NCBI GenBank assembly: GCA_036825755.1
Contig: DAISXR010000004.1
Span: 1-57,344, forward strand
Length of the DNA: 57,344 nucleotides
Reading direction: 5' to 3'
DNA from: Anaerolineaceae bacterium
Lineage (GTDB): Bacteria > Chloroflexota > Anaerolineae > Anaerolineales > Anaerolineaceae
Each line of letters starts with the position of its first letter. Positions within the stretch are counted from its first letter, which is position 1. The position numbers were made by a program, and so were the translations under genes. The notes under the pieces were generated by a model. It was given only the letters and a program-made list of their open reading frames with translations, was not told the origin of the DNA and did not search any database. Below are positions 44,658 to 55,226 of this stretch, one piece after another.

Positions 44658-45440
44658 ATGGATGAAACGAAGTCTATCGCACGTTTTTCCGGAAAGGTAG
44701 CCATTGTCACCGGTGCAGCACGAGGATTGGGCAAGGCGATTGCGCTCAGACTCGGACATGAAGGAGCTGTGGTAGTGGTCAATGATCTACGATCCGATCT
44801 GTCTGATCAGGTCGTCGATCAAATCATAGCCGGCGGAGGACAGGCAATCAAACATTTGGCAGATGTGACCGATGAGTCACAAGTGGCCGAGTTGGTTTCT
44901 TCCACGCTGGAGCGTTTTGGTACGGTGGATATTTTGGTAAACAATGCCGGTATCATGCGCACCACTCGCCCAATGGAGGATATTTCACTGGAAGAGTTCC
45001 AGTCAGTGATGAAAGTCAATGTGACCGGTGTGTTCCTGTGTATGAAATACGTGCTGCCGATCATGAAATCTAAAAAGAGCGGCAAGATTGTGAACATTTC
45101 CTCTTCCGCTGGACGCTGCATGAGTTCTTTTAATGGCGCGCACTACACTGCTTCGAAAGCAGCCATCCTGGGCTTAACCCGGCATGCCGCTCACGAATCT
45201 GCCGAGTACAACATCAATATCAACGCCATCGCACCCGGCACTTTCTTGACAGAAGGCGGAAGTGAACTGTTTCCTGAACTGACGCCTGAACTGATCCGTC
45301 AAATTGAGCAGGGTATCCCGATGCACCGCATTGGCGATCCGCAAGACAACGCCAATTTGGTAACGTTTCTGTGTTCCCAGGAAGCCTCTTATATCACCGG
45401 CGCGACCATCGACATCAACGCCGGAGAATTGATGATGTGA
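44658..45440 (+). CDS. Classical short-chain dehydrogenase/reductase (FabG-like)
   Basis: TGAARGLG (TGxxxGxG), NNAG and the YTASK catalytic tetrad context. Confidence 0.9.
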   Translation: MDETKSIARFSGKVAIVTGAARGLGKAIALRLGHEGAVVVVNDLRSDLSDQVVDQIIAGGGQAIKHLADVTDESQVAELVSSTLERFGTVDILVNNAGIMRTTRPMEDISLEEFQSVMKVNVTGVFLCMKYVLPIMKSKKSGKIVNISSSAGRCMSSFNGAHYTASKAAILGLTRHAAHESAEYNININAIAPGTFLTEGGSELFPELTPELIRQIEQGIPMHRIGDPQDNANLVTFLCSQEASYITGATIDINAGELMM

Positions 45441-45443
45441 TCC

Positions 45444-46946
45444 ATGGCAATTCCATACTTTTCAACAAAGACTCGCGTGATCGTGCCGGCTGGATCGCAA
45501 GCCGGGGATCTGATTATGAATCCCTGTTACTATCGCCTACGGCAAGGACTCTTTAGGTCTGAAAAATATAATGCAGATTTTGGCACTCTGGTGGTGCCAG
45601 AGAATAGAGCAAAACCCGGATCCCGCCAAATTGCACTGCCCGTGCTCCGTATCCATGCAGTCGATCCGCATCCGTTGGAGCCTATATTCCATTTGGAGGG
45701 AGGTCCGGGAGGCAGCAATATCGAATTCGTTCCCCCGGCATGGATGCTGGAAAAGCATGACTTTGTGCTGGTTGGCTACCGTGGGGCAGACGGTTCCAGT
45801 ATTCTGAAGTGCCCTTTGATGGCCAAAGCCTCCAAAGGGATTGGAGATGACCTGTTAGGCGAGGAATCACGAGCCCTTCTTGTCGAGGCTACCCGCCAGG
45901 AAGTCCGCCGATTAGAGGAAAGCGGCGTAGACCTGGCAGGATATGTAATGACAGAGGTGATCGAGGATGTCGAAGCCGTACGCAAGGGGCTGGGGTATGA
46001 ACGCATCAATCTGCTTAGCGAAAGCTATGGTACCCGTCTGGCACAAATTTATGCGTATATGTATCCTGACAGTATTTTCCGTTCGGCAATGATGGGGGTC
46101 AACCCGCCAGGTCGTTTTGTGTTCGAGCCAGATACTACCGATTCGCTGTTGGCAAACTATGCCGACTTATGGGCAAAAGTCCCCTATTGTACCTATCGCT
46201 CAACCGATCTCCTCAGGACACTTCGTAATGTGAACCGAAATATGCCCAAACGCTGGTTATTTATACGTATTGATCGCAGTAAAACCCGCATCAGCGCATT
46301 TTCATTATTTTTCAACACGCGTACTTCTCCTTATGTTTTTGACGCTTATGTGGCAGCAGAACACGGTGACCCCAGCGGCCTGGCATTGATGTCTGCGGTG
46401 TATAACCTATTCATTCCCCGGATGATGATTTGGGGCGATCTGTTTGCCAAAGGGCACTGCGCCGACTATGATCCCAATCGCAATTACGTAGAAACACTGG
46501 AAACACCCAACTCGATTATGGGTTCGCCGCAAGCGCTGCTGATGTGGAACGCAGCTCAAGCCTGGCCGGCGACGATGCTGCCGGAAGCCCTCAGACGGGT
46601 TCAACAATGCGCTGTACAAACCCTTTTAATCAGTGGGAACCTCGATTTTTCAACCCCTGCACGCTACGCCACCAATGAGCTCCTCCCTTACCTGTCCAAT
46701 GGGCGGCAGGTGATTCTGAAGGAATTTGGACATACTGATGATATCTGGCGTTGGCAGCCTGCGGCGACAGAACGTTTATTGACTCGGTTTTTTGATAGAG
46801 GCGTGGCAGATGATTCGATGTTCCATTACCAACCAGTAAATTTCCGTGTTCGATTTGGTTTTCCTTTCCTTGCCAAAGCCCTGATGGGAATCCTCATCGC
46901 AATCTTACTGGCCATCCTGGCCATTATTTTGGTCATTCTGTTTTAG
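45444..46946 (+). CDS. Alpha/beta hydrolase (prolyl/tripeptidyl aminopeptidase-like) with a C-terminal TM anchor
   Basis: HLEGGPGGS, the nucleophile elbow SESYG, a late GHTDD, and the C-terminal segment ALMGILIAILLAILAIILVILF. Confidence 0.75.
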   Translation: MAIPYFSTKTRVIVPAGSQAGDLIMNPCYYRLRQGLFRSEKYNADFGTLVVPENRAKPGSRQIALPVLRIHAVDPHPLEPIFHLEGGPGGSNIEFVPPAWMLEKHDFVLVGYRGADGSSILKCPLMAKASKGIGDDLLGEESRALLVEATRQEVRRLEESGVDLAGYVMTEVIEDVEAVRKGLGYERINLLSESYGTRLAQIYAYMYPDSIFRSAMMGVNPPGRFVFEPDTTDSLLANYADLWAKVPYCTYRSTDLLRTLRNVNRNMPKRWLFIRIDRSKTRISAFSLFFNTRTSPYVFDAYVAAEHGDPSGLALMSAVYNLFIPRMMIWGDLFAKGHCADYDPNRNYVETLETPNSIMGSPQALLMWNAAQAWPATMLPEALRRVQQCAVQTLLISGNLDFSTPARYATNELLPYLSNGRQVILKEFGHTDDIWRWQPAATERLLTRFFDRGVADDSMFHYQPVNFRVRFGFPFLAKALMGILIAILLAILAIILVILF

Positions 46947-46974
46947 TCATCGCAACAAACGAGGTAAACAATAT

Positions 46975-47673
46975 ATGAAAAACATCGGCATAATCGGCGG
47001 GATCGGTCCTGAAGCCACCATGGAATATTACTCATATATGTTCGAAAAGGTGAGAGAGCGGATCAGTGTCGACAATGACTTTTCCTGGGTTCCCCATATC
47101 ATCATTTACAGCATGGGCAGAGAAAACTACTCGGGATCCAATTTTGGCACACCCGATAAACCTGAAAAGGTCAGAGCAGTGATTGAACAGTTGCATGCGG
47201 CCGGTGCTGATTTTGTGATCGGCGCCTGTAACGCGCTACACATTGTGTTTGACGAGCTATCCGGTACCCTTCCCATTCCCTGGATCAGCATCATGGATGC
47301 TACGGCAGAAGCCATCAAAAAGGCCAACCTGGATACGGTGGGATTACTGGGTACCTACATGACAATGACGGAAGGCTTTTATCATCGCGCACTTGCAAGC
47401 CATGGTATTAAGACGATTACCCCGGATGAAGACGATATGTGCAAAGTTGAAGAAATCATATTATCCGAATTGATTTGGAACAAAACGCTCGATGTTTCAA
47501 GGAACTGCCTGCTTGGAATCATGGAGAAACTGGTTCAAAAGGGTGCTCAGGGAATCGTCCTCGGTTGTACCGAACTTCCTTTGTTGGTGAAGCAGAAGGA
47601 CACGCCGATCCTCATTTTTCCGACCACAACCATACTGGCACAGAAAGCCCTGGATTTGGCCTGGGAAGAATAG
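46975..47673 (+). CDS. Aspartate/glutamate racemase family protein
   Basis: IGIIGGIGPEAT, first catalytic Cys in GACNALH, second in LGCTELP. Confidence 0.85.
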   Translation: MKNIGIIGGIGPEATMEYYSYMFEKVRERISVDNDFSWVPHIIIYSMGRENYSGSNFGTPDKPEKVRAVIEQLHAAGADFVIGACNALHIVFDELSGTLPIPWISIMDATAEAIKKANLDTVGLLGTYMTMTEGFYHRALASHGIKTITPDEDDMCKVEEIILSELIWNKTLDVSRNCLLGIMEKLVQKGAQGIVLGCTELPLLVKQKDTPILIFPTTTILAQKALDLAWEE

Positions 47674-47712
47674 AGGCCCAGGATTGTAAAGACCGACCTA
47701 TTGAAGGTGAAT

Positions 47713-48510
47713 ATGGCAGAAGAAAAAAACCTCAAAGTAGTAGCTTTCAACGGAAGCCCTGATATAAGTCACTCAAACACAGCTCTCATTCTCAATCCTT
47801 TTTTGGATGGATTGGAGGAAGCCGGAGCTGAGGTAGAGCTGAACTATGTAAAAGACCTGCATATCCACCCGTGTCATGGAGATCTGTGCTGCTGGGTCAG
47901 AACACCTGGCAGGTGTTTTCAGCAGGACGACATGCAGATACTGCTTCCAAAACTGCAGCAGGCCGATATCTGGGTGATAGCCACCCCGGTCTACGTAGAT
48001 GGGGTGGTGGGACCCCTGAAAAACCTGATTGACCGGCTGGTGCCGCTTCTGCAGCCCTTCTTTACCCTGACCGATGGGCACTGCCGTCATATGGTCCATC
48101 AAGGGCATAAATATGGCAAAGTCGTCCTGGTTGCCAACTGTGGCTTCTGGGAAATGGACAACTTTGATCCATTGCTGGCCTTTATGCAGGCCCTATCCAA
48201 GAATATGTCCAGGGAGTTTGCCGGTGCTTTACTGCGGCCACATGGCGAGGTCATGCGACCCATGATGAAACAGGGAGCCGTTTTGGATGATATCTTCGCG
48301 GCTGCCAGGGATGCCGGTCGTCAACTGGCATGTCAGGGAAGCATGGATCGCCAAACGTTGGATACGATTGCCCGCGATCTGTTACCCAAGCAGACATATG
48401 TTGAACTAATCAATAAAAATTTCACCAGAACTTTGGATCGAAACAAAAACAGCGTGGCTCAGAAAGTTTTGTCGCCTGCCGAACAATTACACCAAACTAC
48501 CAGGGAGTAG
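47713..48510 (+). CDS. Flavodoxin-like fold NAD(P)H-dependent FMN oxidoreductase family protein
   Basis: KVVAFNGSP...SNT matches the N-terminal flavin-binding loop pattern, and VIATPVY is present. ATG 47713 follows AAGGTG; the track start is 47701. Confidence 0.6.
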   Translation: MAEEKNLKVVAFNGSPDISHSNTALILNPFLDGLEEAGAEVELNYVKDLHIHPCHGDLCCWVRTPGRCFQQDDMQILLPKLQQADIWVIATPVYVDGVVGPLKNLIDRLVPLLQPFFTLTDGHCRHMVHQGHKYGKVVLVANCGFWEMDNFDPLLAFMQALSKNMSREFAGALLRPHGEVMRPMMKQGAVLDDIFAAARDAGRQLACQGSMDRQTLDTIARDLLPKQTYVELINKNFTRTLDRNKNSVAQKVLSPAEQLHQTTRE

Positions 48511-48517
48511 AAGTACG

Positions 48518-50938
48518 TTGAAAGAAAATATTAAACGTGTGGCAGTCATAGGTGCCGGCACCATGGGGGCGGCTATCGCCGCACACGTGGCAAACGCCGG
48601 TATCGACGTCTATTTGCTGGATGTTGCTCCAAAAGAACTGACACCAGATGAGGCAGCCAGGGGTCTACCACTGGATCATCCTCTAGTACGCAATCGCATT
48701 GTCACCCAGGGTTGGGAACGTTGTTCAAAAGCCCGACCTGCTAATCTTTTCTGCCAGGATCTTGCCAGGCGGGTGACTTTGGGAAACCTGGAAGATAACC
48801 TGACCTGGTTGTCTGAAGCCGACTGGATCGTGGAGGCTATTGTTGAGCGTCTGGATGTAAAACAGCAACTGATGGCGCAGATCGATCTCCTTCGGAAGCC
48901 GGGCAGTATCGTCAGCACCAATACATCCGGCATCCCGATTGGAGCCATTGCGGAAGGCCGCTCCGACGATTTCAAGTCCCATTTTCTTGGCACCCATGCA
49001 TTTAATCCGCCGCGCTATATGAAACTCCTGGAACTCATCCCTCACGCCGGGACGGATCCCGCGGTTATCGACATGATGAAGTATTTTGGCACCCGTACAT
49101 TGGGTAAAGGCGTGGTGGTATGTAAGGATACGCCGAATTTCATCGCAAACCGGGTGCTGGGGTTGCTGGGTGTATACACGATGAGTTATGCACTCGATCA
49201 TGGCTATTCAGTGGAAGAGGTGGATGCTCTCACCGGTCCAGCAGTGGGATATCCGAAAACAGCTACTTTCCGTCTGTACGACCTGGTGGGTATTGATGTG
49301 CTGGAGTTGGTCACGAAAAATTTATACGCAGCGATCCCCCACGATCCCTATCGTGAAGTACTTAATCACACGAAAAGCCTTGCTTTGATGGAGGCAACGA
49401 TCGCTCGCAACTGGCTTGGCAATAAAACCCGCCAGGGATTTTATAAACAGGTGGAGACACCCGAAGGACGACAGTTTTGGGTTCTGGATGCGGAAACGAT
49501 GGAGTACCGGGCGCCGGTTAAGGTAACCTTTGAGTCGATGGAAGAGGCAGGCGGATCCGAGCTGGGTAAACGTCTCCGGCAACTATGCGCCGGGAACGAC
49601 CGCGCGGCGGAGTTTATTTGGGCAACACGCTCTTTCGGTTTGAACTATGCCGCGAGCATCATACCGGAGGTCGCCGATGACCTGATTTCCATCGACAATG
49701 CCTGCAAGTGGGGTTTTGGTCATCAGATGGGTCCATTCGAAACCTGGGATGCCTTGGGAGTTGCCGAATCTGTGGCGAGAATGGAAGCAGAAGGGAAAAG
49801 TGTGACACCCTGGGTGAAAGAGATGCTGGCCCACGGCTTTACGACCTTTTACACCCACCTCAATGGCCGGCTGCACTGTTACAGCCCCATCAGTAAGCGT
49901 TACGAACCTGTCGGCGCCGATCCCTGGGCAATCGTGATCGAAGATCTCAAAAAAGAGGAAAAACGAGAGCTCAAAGCCAATGCCAGCGCCAGCCTGCTGG
50001 ATATGGGCGACGGCGTCCTCTGTCTGGAGTTCCACTCGAAGGCAAATTCACTCAACAGCCAGATATTTGAGATGCTAAGCATCACTGCTGAAGAGATGGA
50101 GAAGGATTGGGTTGGTTTGATCATTGGCAACCAGGGGAAGAATTTTTGTGCCGGTGCTGACTTGACCTTGTTTCTCGACATTATCGAGCGCCAGGCCTGG
50201 GATGAGATGGAGTTCCTGATCCGCAGCATGCAGACAGTCCTGCTTGGTTTTCGTTACGGCTGCAAACCGGTTGTCAGCGCTCCGTTTGGAATGGTACTGG
50301 GGGGCGGAGCAGAGGTAATGATGGGCTCATCAGCCATCTGCGCTGCAAGCGAGGCATATATTGGTCAGGTAGAGGCCGGTGTAGGGGTCATTCCCGCTTT
50401 GGGCGGCTGTACCGAACTGGTTCGCCGTGTCATTGCTCCGGTTAAAAAAGGAAATCCAAATGCCGACTTGACCCCATATTTGCAGAGAGTATTCGAAATG
50501 ATCGCCATGGGTAAGGTGAGCAGTAACGCCATGGAAGCCATGCAATGGGGATTTCTTATGCCATCTGACCGGGTGGTGATGAATGCCGATCACCTGCTGT
50601 CTGATGCCAAACGAATGGTATTAGGGCTGGCGGCGAATGACTATCATCCACCATCTCGAAATAATGATGTCTGGGTGCTCGGAAATGCGGGGCTGGCAAC
50701 CCTCAAACTGGTTATCTGGAGTTATAAAGCGGCCGGTTACCTTTCGGATCATGATGTGCTGGTATCTGAAAAAATCGCCAATGTCGTCTCCGGTGGAGCG
50801 TTGACCCGACCACAATGGGTTAACCCTGAATACCTCCTTGATCTTGAGCGTGAAAATTTCCTTTCTGTGTTTTCTGAACCCAAAACGCTTGAACGGATCA
50901 AATACATGTATCAAATGAAAAAAGTTCTGAGAAACTGA
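48518..50938 (+). CDS. Fused 3-hydroxyacyl-CoA dehydrogenase / enoyl-CoA hydratase (FadN-like domain order)
   Basis: N-terminal NAD fold [14 protein letters not shown] with 3HCDH motifs, and a C-terminal crotonase-like region (NFCAGADL). 806 aa, TTG start. Confidence 0.9.
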   Translation: MKENIKRVAVIGAGTMGAAIAAHVANAGIDVYLLDVAPKELTPDEAARGLPLDHPLVRNRIVTQGWERCSKARPANLFCQDLARRVTLGNLEDNLTWLSEADWIVEAIVERLDVKQQLMAQIDLLRKPGSIVSTNTSGIPIGAIAEGRSDDFKSHFLGTHAFNPPRYMKLLELIPHAGTDPAVIDMMKYFGTRTLGKGVVVCKDTPNFIANRVLGLLGVYTMSYALDHGYSVEEVDALTGPAVGYPKTATFRLYDLVGIDVLELVTKNLYAAIPHDPYREVLNHTKSLALMEATIARNWLGNKTRQGFYKQVETPEGRQFWVLDAETMEYRAPVKVTFESMEEAGGSELGKRLRQLCAGNDRAAEFIWATRSFGLNYAASIIPEVADDLISIDNACKWGFGHQMGPFETWDALGVAESVARMEAEGKSVTPWVKEMLAHGFTTFYTHLNGRLHCYSPISKRYEPVGADPWAIVIEDLKKEEKRELKANASASLLDMGDGVLCLEFHSKANSLNSQIFEMLSITAEEMEKDWVGLIIGNQGKNFCAGADLTLFLDIIERQAWDEMEFLIRSMQTVLLGFRYGCKPVVSAPFGMVLGGGAEVMMGSSAICAASEAYIGQVEAGVGVIPALGGCTELVRRVIAPVKKGNPNADLTPYLQRVFEMIAMGKVSSNAMEAMQWGFLMPSDRVVMNADHLLSDAKRMVLGLAANDYHPPSRNNDVWVLGNAGLATLKLVIWSYKAAGYLSDHDVLVSEKIANVVSGGALTRPQWVNPEYLLDLERENFLSVFSEPKTLERIKYMYQMKKVLRN

Positions 50939-50948
50939 GGATAAAGCC

Positions 50949-52127
50949 ATGAAAGAAGCAGTGATCGTTTCCGCAGTTCGTACGGCGGTCGGCAAAGCGC
51001 AGAAGGGTACTCTGGTAGATGTACGCCCGGATGAGATGGCTGCTGTTGTGCTGAAAGAAGTATTGCAGCGAGTTCCGGAGGTATCACCCGAAGAAATTGA
51101 AGATGTGATCCTGGGTTGTGCTATACCCGAAGGCGAGCAGGGTATGAACCTTGCTCGTATCGCTTCCCTGCGTACAGGGCTTCCCTGCACAACCCCTGCA
51201 CACACAGTGAACCGGTTTTGTTCCTCCGGTCTGCAAACAATTGCTCACGCCGCTCAGCAAATCATGGCCGGGATGGGTACTTGTGTCATCGCAGGCGGCG
51301 TCGAATCGATGAGCATGTTGCCGATGGCCAGCCTTAAAATCTCACCCAACCCATGGCTGATAGAACATCATCCCGAGGTCTACGCCGGTATGGGGCAAAC
51401 TGCTGAAAATGTAGCCCAAAAGTATGGCATCACCCGCCAGGACCAGGATGCTTTTGCCTACAACAGTCATCGCAAAGCGATTGCTGCTCAAGATGCAGGT
51501 CGTTTTACAGGCGAGATCGCACCGATTCTGGTGGAGCAAACCATGCTGGAAAACGGTAAACCATCCAACAGAGTAACGATTTTTAAGGAAGACGAAGGTC
51601 CACGGCGTGACACATCGCTTGAAGCGCTGGCAAAACTCAAACCTGCTTTCGCCCTGAACGGCACGGTTACGGCTGGTAACTCGTCTCAGACCTCCGATGG
51701 CGCGGCCGCTGTGCTACTCATGGAACGTAAACGAGCTGAAGCCCTGGGTATCAAACCGCTGGCCCGGTTTGTGGGCTATGCGGTAGCCGGCGTCCCGCCG
51801 GAGATCATGGGAATCGGCCCGGTAGCAGCCATCCCTAAAGCGCTCGCCCTGACAGGTCTCTCCATCAAAGATATTGATTTAATAGAACTGAACGAGGCGT
51901 TCGCTTCTCAATCGCTCGCAGTCATCCGCGAACTGGGATTGAACGAGGAGATTGTCAACGTCAACGGGGGGGCCATTGCCCTGGGTCATCCTTTGGGTTG
52001 CACGGGGTCCAAGCTCACCACTCAGATCCTGTACGAAATGAGACGGCGCAACGTTCAGTATGGCATGGTGTCAATGTGTATTGGTGGAGGGATGGGCGCC
52101 GCGGGTATTTTTGAGAATCTGAACTGA
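50949..52127 (+). CDS. Acetyl-CoA C-acetyltransferase / 3-ketoacyl-CoA thiolase
   Basis: [10 protein letters not shown] (active-site Cys), [19 protein letters not shown] and CIGGGMG. Confidence 0.93.
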   Translation: MKEAVIVSAVRTAVGKAQKGTLVDVRPDEMAAVVLKEVLQRVPEVSPEEIEDVILGCAIPEGEQGMNLARIASLRTGLPCTTPAHTVNRFCSSGLQTIAHAAQQIMAGMGTCVIAGGVESMSMLPMASLKISPNPWLIEHHPEVYAGMGQTAENVAQKYGITRQDQDAFAYNSHRKAIAAQDAGRFTGEIAPILVEQTMLENGKPSNRVTIFKEDEGPRRDTSLEALAKLKPAFALNGTVTAGNSSQTSDGAAAVLLMERKRAEALGIKPLARFVGYAVAGVPPEIMGIGPVAAIPKALALTGLSIKDIDLIELNEAFASQSLAVIRELGLNEEIVNVNGGAIALGHPLGCTGSKLTTQILYEMRRRNVQYGMVSMCIGGGMGAAGIFENLN

Positions 52128-52141
52128 ACCCGGGTGAAAAC

Positions 52142-53206
52142 ATGATTGATTTACGCAGCGATACGCTTACTCTCCCATCCCATGCCATGCGAAAAGCCAT
52201 GTACACTGCAGAGCTGGGTGATGACGGTTATGGTGAAGACCCCACTGTTAATCAACTCGAGTCGACCGCGGCTGAAATCACCGGTAAAGAGGCTGGACTT
52301 TTCTTTATCAGCGGAACACAAGCCAATCTGGCGGCGTTGCTGGCTCACTGCCAGCGTGGAGATGAAATTATTGTTGGGGACCTTTCGCACATATTTGTTC
52401 TTGAGGCAGGCGGATCAGCTGCTTTAGGGGGTATCCATCCCTGCGCGGTTCACAATCAAAAGGATGGGACGCTGCGTGTCGAGGATATCGAAGAGGCCGT
52501 GCGACCCAATGATAGACATTTTGCAAAAACGCGTTTGATCTGTCTTGAAAACACTCATATGATGTGCGGCGGCAGTGTGCTCTCACCGGACTATACTAAC
52601 CAGGTGGCAGACCTGGCCCGCCGCCATCACCTTACTCTTCATTTAGATGGTGCACGAATCTTTAACGCAGCCGTCGTGTTGAGGGTGGAAGTCAAAGAGC
52701 TGACCTGCGCCGTCGATTCGGTGATGTTCTCACTCACGAAGGGACTCGGTGCGCCAATGGGTGCCCTTTTATGCGGCAGCCGTAATCTAATCGATCAGGC
52801 GCGTCAATTGCGCCAGATGTTGGGGGGAGGGACGCACCAGTCGGGCATCGCGGCGGCTGCCGGCCTCAAAGGGTTGAGAGGTTATTCAGAACAACTCCGG
52901 CGTGATCATATCAACGCGAGGTACCTTGCCGAGATAATTGCCGGTATTTCTGATTTTGAACTGGATTTAGGAACAATTCAAAGCAACATTGTGATGTGGA
53001 AGCTAAAACCGGGGCGGTACACTCCCGAGGAATTAGTATCCATTCTTGAAGCCAAAGGCGTCAAAATCATGCATCTTGGCGGACGGTTATTGCGGGCGGT
53101 AACCCATAATGGCATCGATACTGCAGCCATCAAGAAGGCAGCAGATATGATTTTGGAAACGTTACGCGATAAGCAACCGTTCCCCGTTAAGGACCTATCA
53201 TGCTGA
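52142..53206 (+). CDS. Low-specificity L-threonine aldolase family PLP enzyme
   Basis: IDLRSDT, GDDxYGEDPT and the PLP-lysine context FSLTKGLGAP. Confidence 0.85.
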   Translation: MIDLRSDTLTLPSHAMRKAMYTAELGDDGYGEDPTVNQLESTAAEITGKEAGLFFISGTQANLAALLAHCQRGDEIIVGDLSHIFVLEAGGSAALGGIHPCAVHNQKDGTLRVEDIEEAVRPNDRHFAKTRLICLENTHMMCGGSVLSPDYTNQVADLARRHHLTLHLDGARIFNAAVVLRVEVKELTCAVDSVMFSLTKGLGAPMGALLCGSRNLIDQARQLRQMLGGGTHQSGIAAAAGLKGLRGYSEQLRRDHINARYLAEIIAGISDFELDLGTIQSNIVMWKLKPGRYTPEELVSILEAKGVKIMHLGGRLLRAVTHNGIDTAAIKKAADMILETLRDKQPFPVKDLSC

Positions 53207-54120
53207 TCTACACGTTGCGCAGACTGCTGATGCTTATCCCGGTACTGCTGGGTGTGACCCTGCTCACCTTTGCGATTATCCAGGTAACACCCGGCGATCC
53301 GGTGAAAATGATGTTGGGAACACATGCAACTCCGGAACGGATTGCAGAATTCAGGGAAGAATTTGGTTTGAACGATCCGCTCTTTGTGCAATATGGGCGT
53401 TACGTATGGAACGCAATCCATGGTGATCTGGGTAAATCGTTTCGTGGGCAGACACCGGTCATGCGTGAGATCCTGGTCCGCTTTCCCAGCACACTTGAGT
53501 TGACACTGGCATCGCTGGTATTAGCGATACCGGGTGGGATCATTTTTGGTATTATCGCCGCCGTTTCAAAGCAGAAATGGATCGACAATCTCAGCATGAC
53601 GGTCGCACTGATAGGTCTCTCCATACCCAATTTCTGGCTGGGTATCATTTTGATCATCATTTTCGGTATCAACCTGGGATGGGTATCTGCCACAGGCGGG
53701 GAGGGGTTAGAGAATCTGATCCTCCCCGCTTTTACCCTGGCGTTGTCACCGGCTGCCGTGCTTGCGCGATTGACTCGCTCGAGCATCCTGGAGATCATCC
53801 GGGAGGATTATATCCGTACAGCCCGTTCCAAGGGATTAAGTTGGCGTGCGGTCACAGGGGTGCATATCTTACGAAATGCCCTGATCCCGGTTGTGACTGT
53901 GATTGGTCTGGAGTTTGCGGCGCTCTTAGGAGGGACCGTCTTCATCGAAAATGTCTTTACTCGCCCGGGGATTGGGCGTTTTGCCGTAAACGCGATTTCC
54001 GCCCGCGATTACCCGCAGATCCAGGGAGTGGTTTTATTTGCTGCCGTGATCTACGTGATGGTCAATCTGGCGGTCGACCTGATTTACGGCCTACTGGATC
54101 CTCGTATTCGCTATGATTGA
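53200..54120 (+). CDS. Dpp/Opp-type ABC permease (DppB-like)
   Basis: MLIYTLRRLL N-terminus and an EAA loop (YIRTARSKGLS). Confidence 0.9.
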   Translation: MLIYTLRRLLMLIPVLLGVTLLTFAIIQVTPGDPVKMMLGTHATPERIAEFREEFGLNDPLFVQYGRYVWNAIHGDLGKSFRGQTPVMREILVRFPSTLELTLASLVLAIPGGIIFGIIAAVSKQKWIDNLSMTVALIGLSIPNFWLGIILIIIFGINLGWVSATGGEGLENLILPAFTLALSPAAVLARLTRSSILEIIREDYIRTARSKGLSWRAVTGVHILRNALIPVVTVIGLEFAALLGGTVFIENVFTRPGIGRFAVNAISARDYPQIQGVVLFAAVIYVMVNLAVDLIYGLLDPRIRYD

Positions 54121-54322
54121 GCAGGGCTTATAGATAATATTAAACCTATGGTTCAGGGAATACGAAGTCTCGTGAGACCTTTCGAGAAGAAATTTGATCC
54201 GAAACAAGATTTTGAGGATGGCTGTCAATCCTGATACTGGGATGACATCACAAGTGAATAAAAAAAATCCGTGCTGGCAATTATTTCTCAGACCGCGATT
54301 TAAAAATTGAAAGCAAGGTGAG

Positions 54323-55225
54323 ATGGAAACCGAATACACGTCAAAACAAGCGAACCGGCGAACCACCCTGCGGACTACAAAAAGTGAAAACCTATGGCGT
54401 ACTGCCTGGCGGACCCTGCGCAAAAATACAGGCGGGATGGTCGGGTTGACGGGTTTTGTTCTCTTGCTATTAGTGATCTCTCTGGCTACCCTGATCGCTC
54501 CAGCAGACCCGACCGAGATGGATTTTGAAAGCCTGTTGGCTCCTCCCGGTCCAGAGCACCTTTTCGGCACCGATGACCTTGGACGAGATATTCTCAGCAG
54601 GGTGTTGTGGGGTGGTCAGGAATCAATGCGAGTTTCGCTGCTTGCCCTGTTCGTCGCAGCGATCGGCGGGATTGTGCTGGGATTGATCTCCGGTTATTTT
54701 GGGGGTTGGGTTGACAGCCTGATTATGCGGGTGATGGATGTGCTGCTGGCCTTTCCAACAATTCTGCTGGTATTGAGCATCGTGGCGGCACTGGGTCCCA
54801 ATTTGGGCACAGTGTTGATTGCGCTGGGGTTATCTGCCATTCCATCGGTATCTCGTTTTGTACGCGGTACCGTGCTGGCAACCAAAAACAGCGAATACGT
54901 CACCGCCGCCCGGGTACTCGGAGCCACCCATGGTTACATCATGTTCACCCAGATACTGCCCAACACCATGGCACCTCTGATCATTTACAGTACGCTGGGA
55001 TTGGGCAACTGTATCATGGCGACTGCCGGATTGAGCTATATCGGATTAGGTGCTCAACCACCTTCACCTGAGTGGGGTGCTATGTTGAGTTACGGTCGTG
55101 ACTACCTGCGGGAAGCCTGGTGGATGTCGGTCTATCCAGGTATGGCAATTTTCCTGGCAGTGCTGTTTATCAACCTGCTGGGTGATGGTCTGCGTGATGC
55201 GCTGGATCCCAAAATGCGTGTGTGA
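54323..55225 (+). CDS. Dpp/Opp-type ABC permease (DppC-like)
   Basis: Basic N-terminal extension, HLFGTDxLGRD, and an EAA-like YVTAARVLGA. Confidence 0.88.
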   Translation: METEYTSKQANRRTTLRTTKSENLWRTAWRTLRKNTGGMVGLTGFVLLLLVISLATLIAPADPTEMDFESLLAPPGPEHLFGTDDLGRDILSRVLWGGQESMRVSLLALFVAAIGGIVLGLISGYFGGWVDSLIMRVMDVLLAFPTILLVLSIVAALGPNLGTVLIALGLSAIPSVSRFVRGTVLATKNSEYVTAARVLGATHGYIMFTQILPNTMAPLIIYSTLGLGNCIMATAGLSYIGLGAQPPSPEWGAMLSYGRDYLREAWWMSVYPGMAIFLAVLFINLLGDGLRDALDPKMRV

Positions 55226-55226
55226 G

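Noticed and set aside
54148-54234. A 28-aa ORF (MVQGIRSLVRPFEKKFDPKQDFEDGCQS) in the dppB-dppC gap, considered as a possible leader or RiPP-like peptide.
   Set aside because: It has no Shine-Dalgarno sequence, no neighbouring maturation enzymes and no repeats or Cys-rich core. It is kept only as a note under the gap finding.
55098-55226. Extended N-terminus of the DppD-like ATPase suggested by the ORF track (start 55098).
   Set aside because: The extra 43 codons overlap the end of the permease gene in another frame and are Cys/Trp-rich nonsense. ATG 55227, right after the permease stop, gives a canonical ABC N-terminus ([12 protein letters not shown]).
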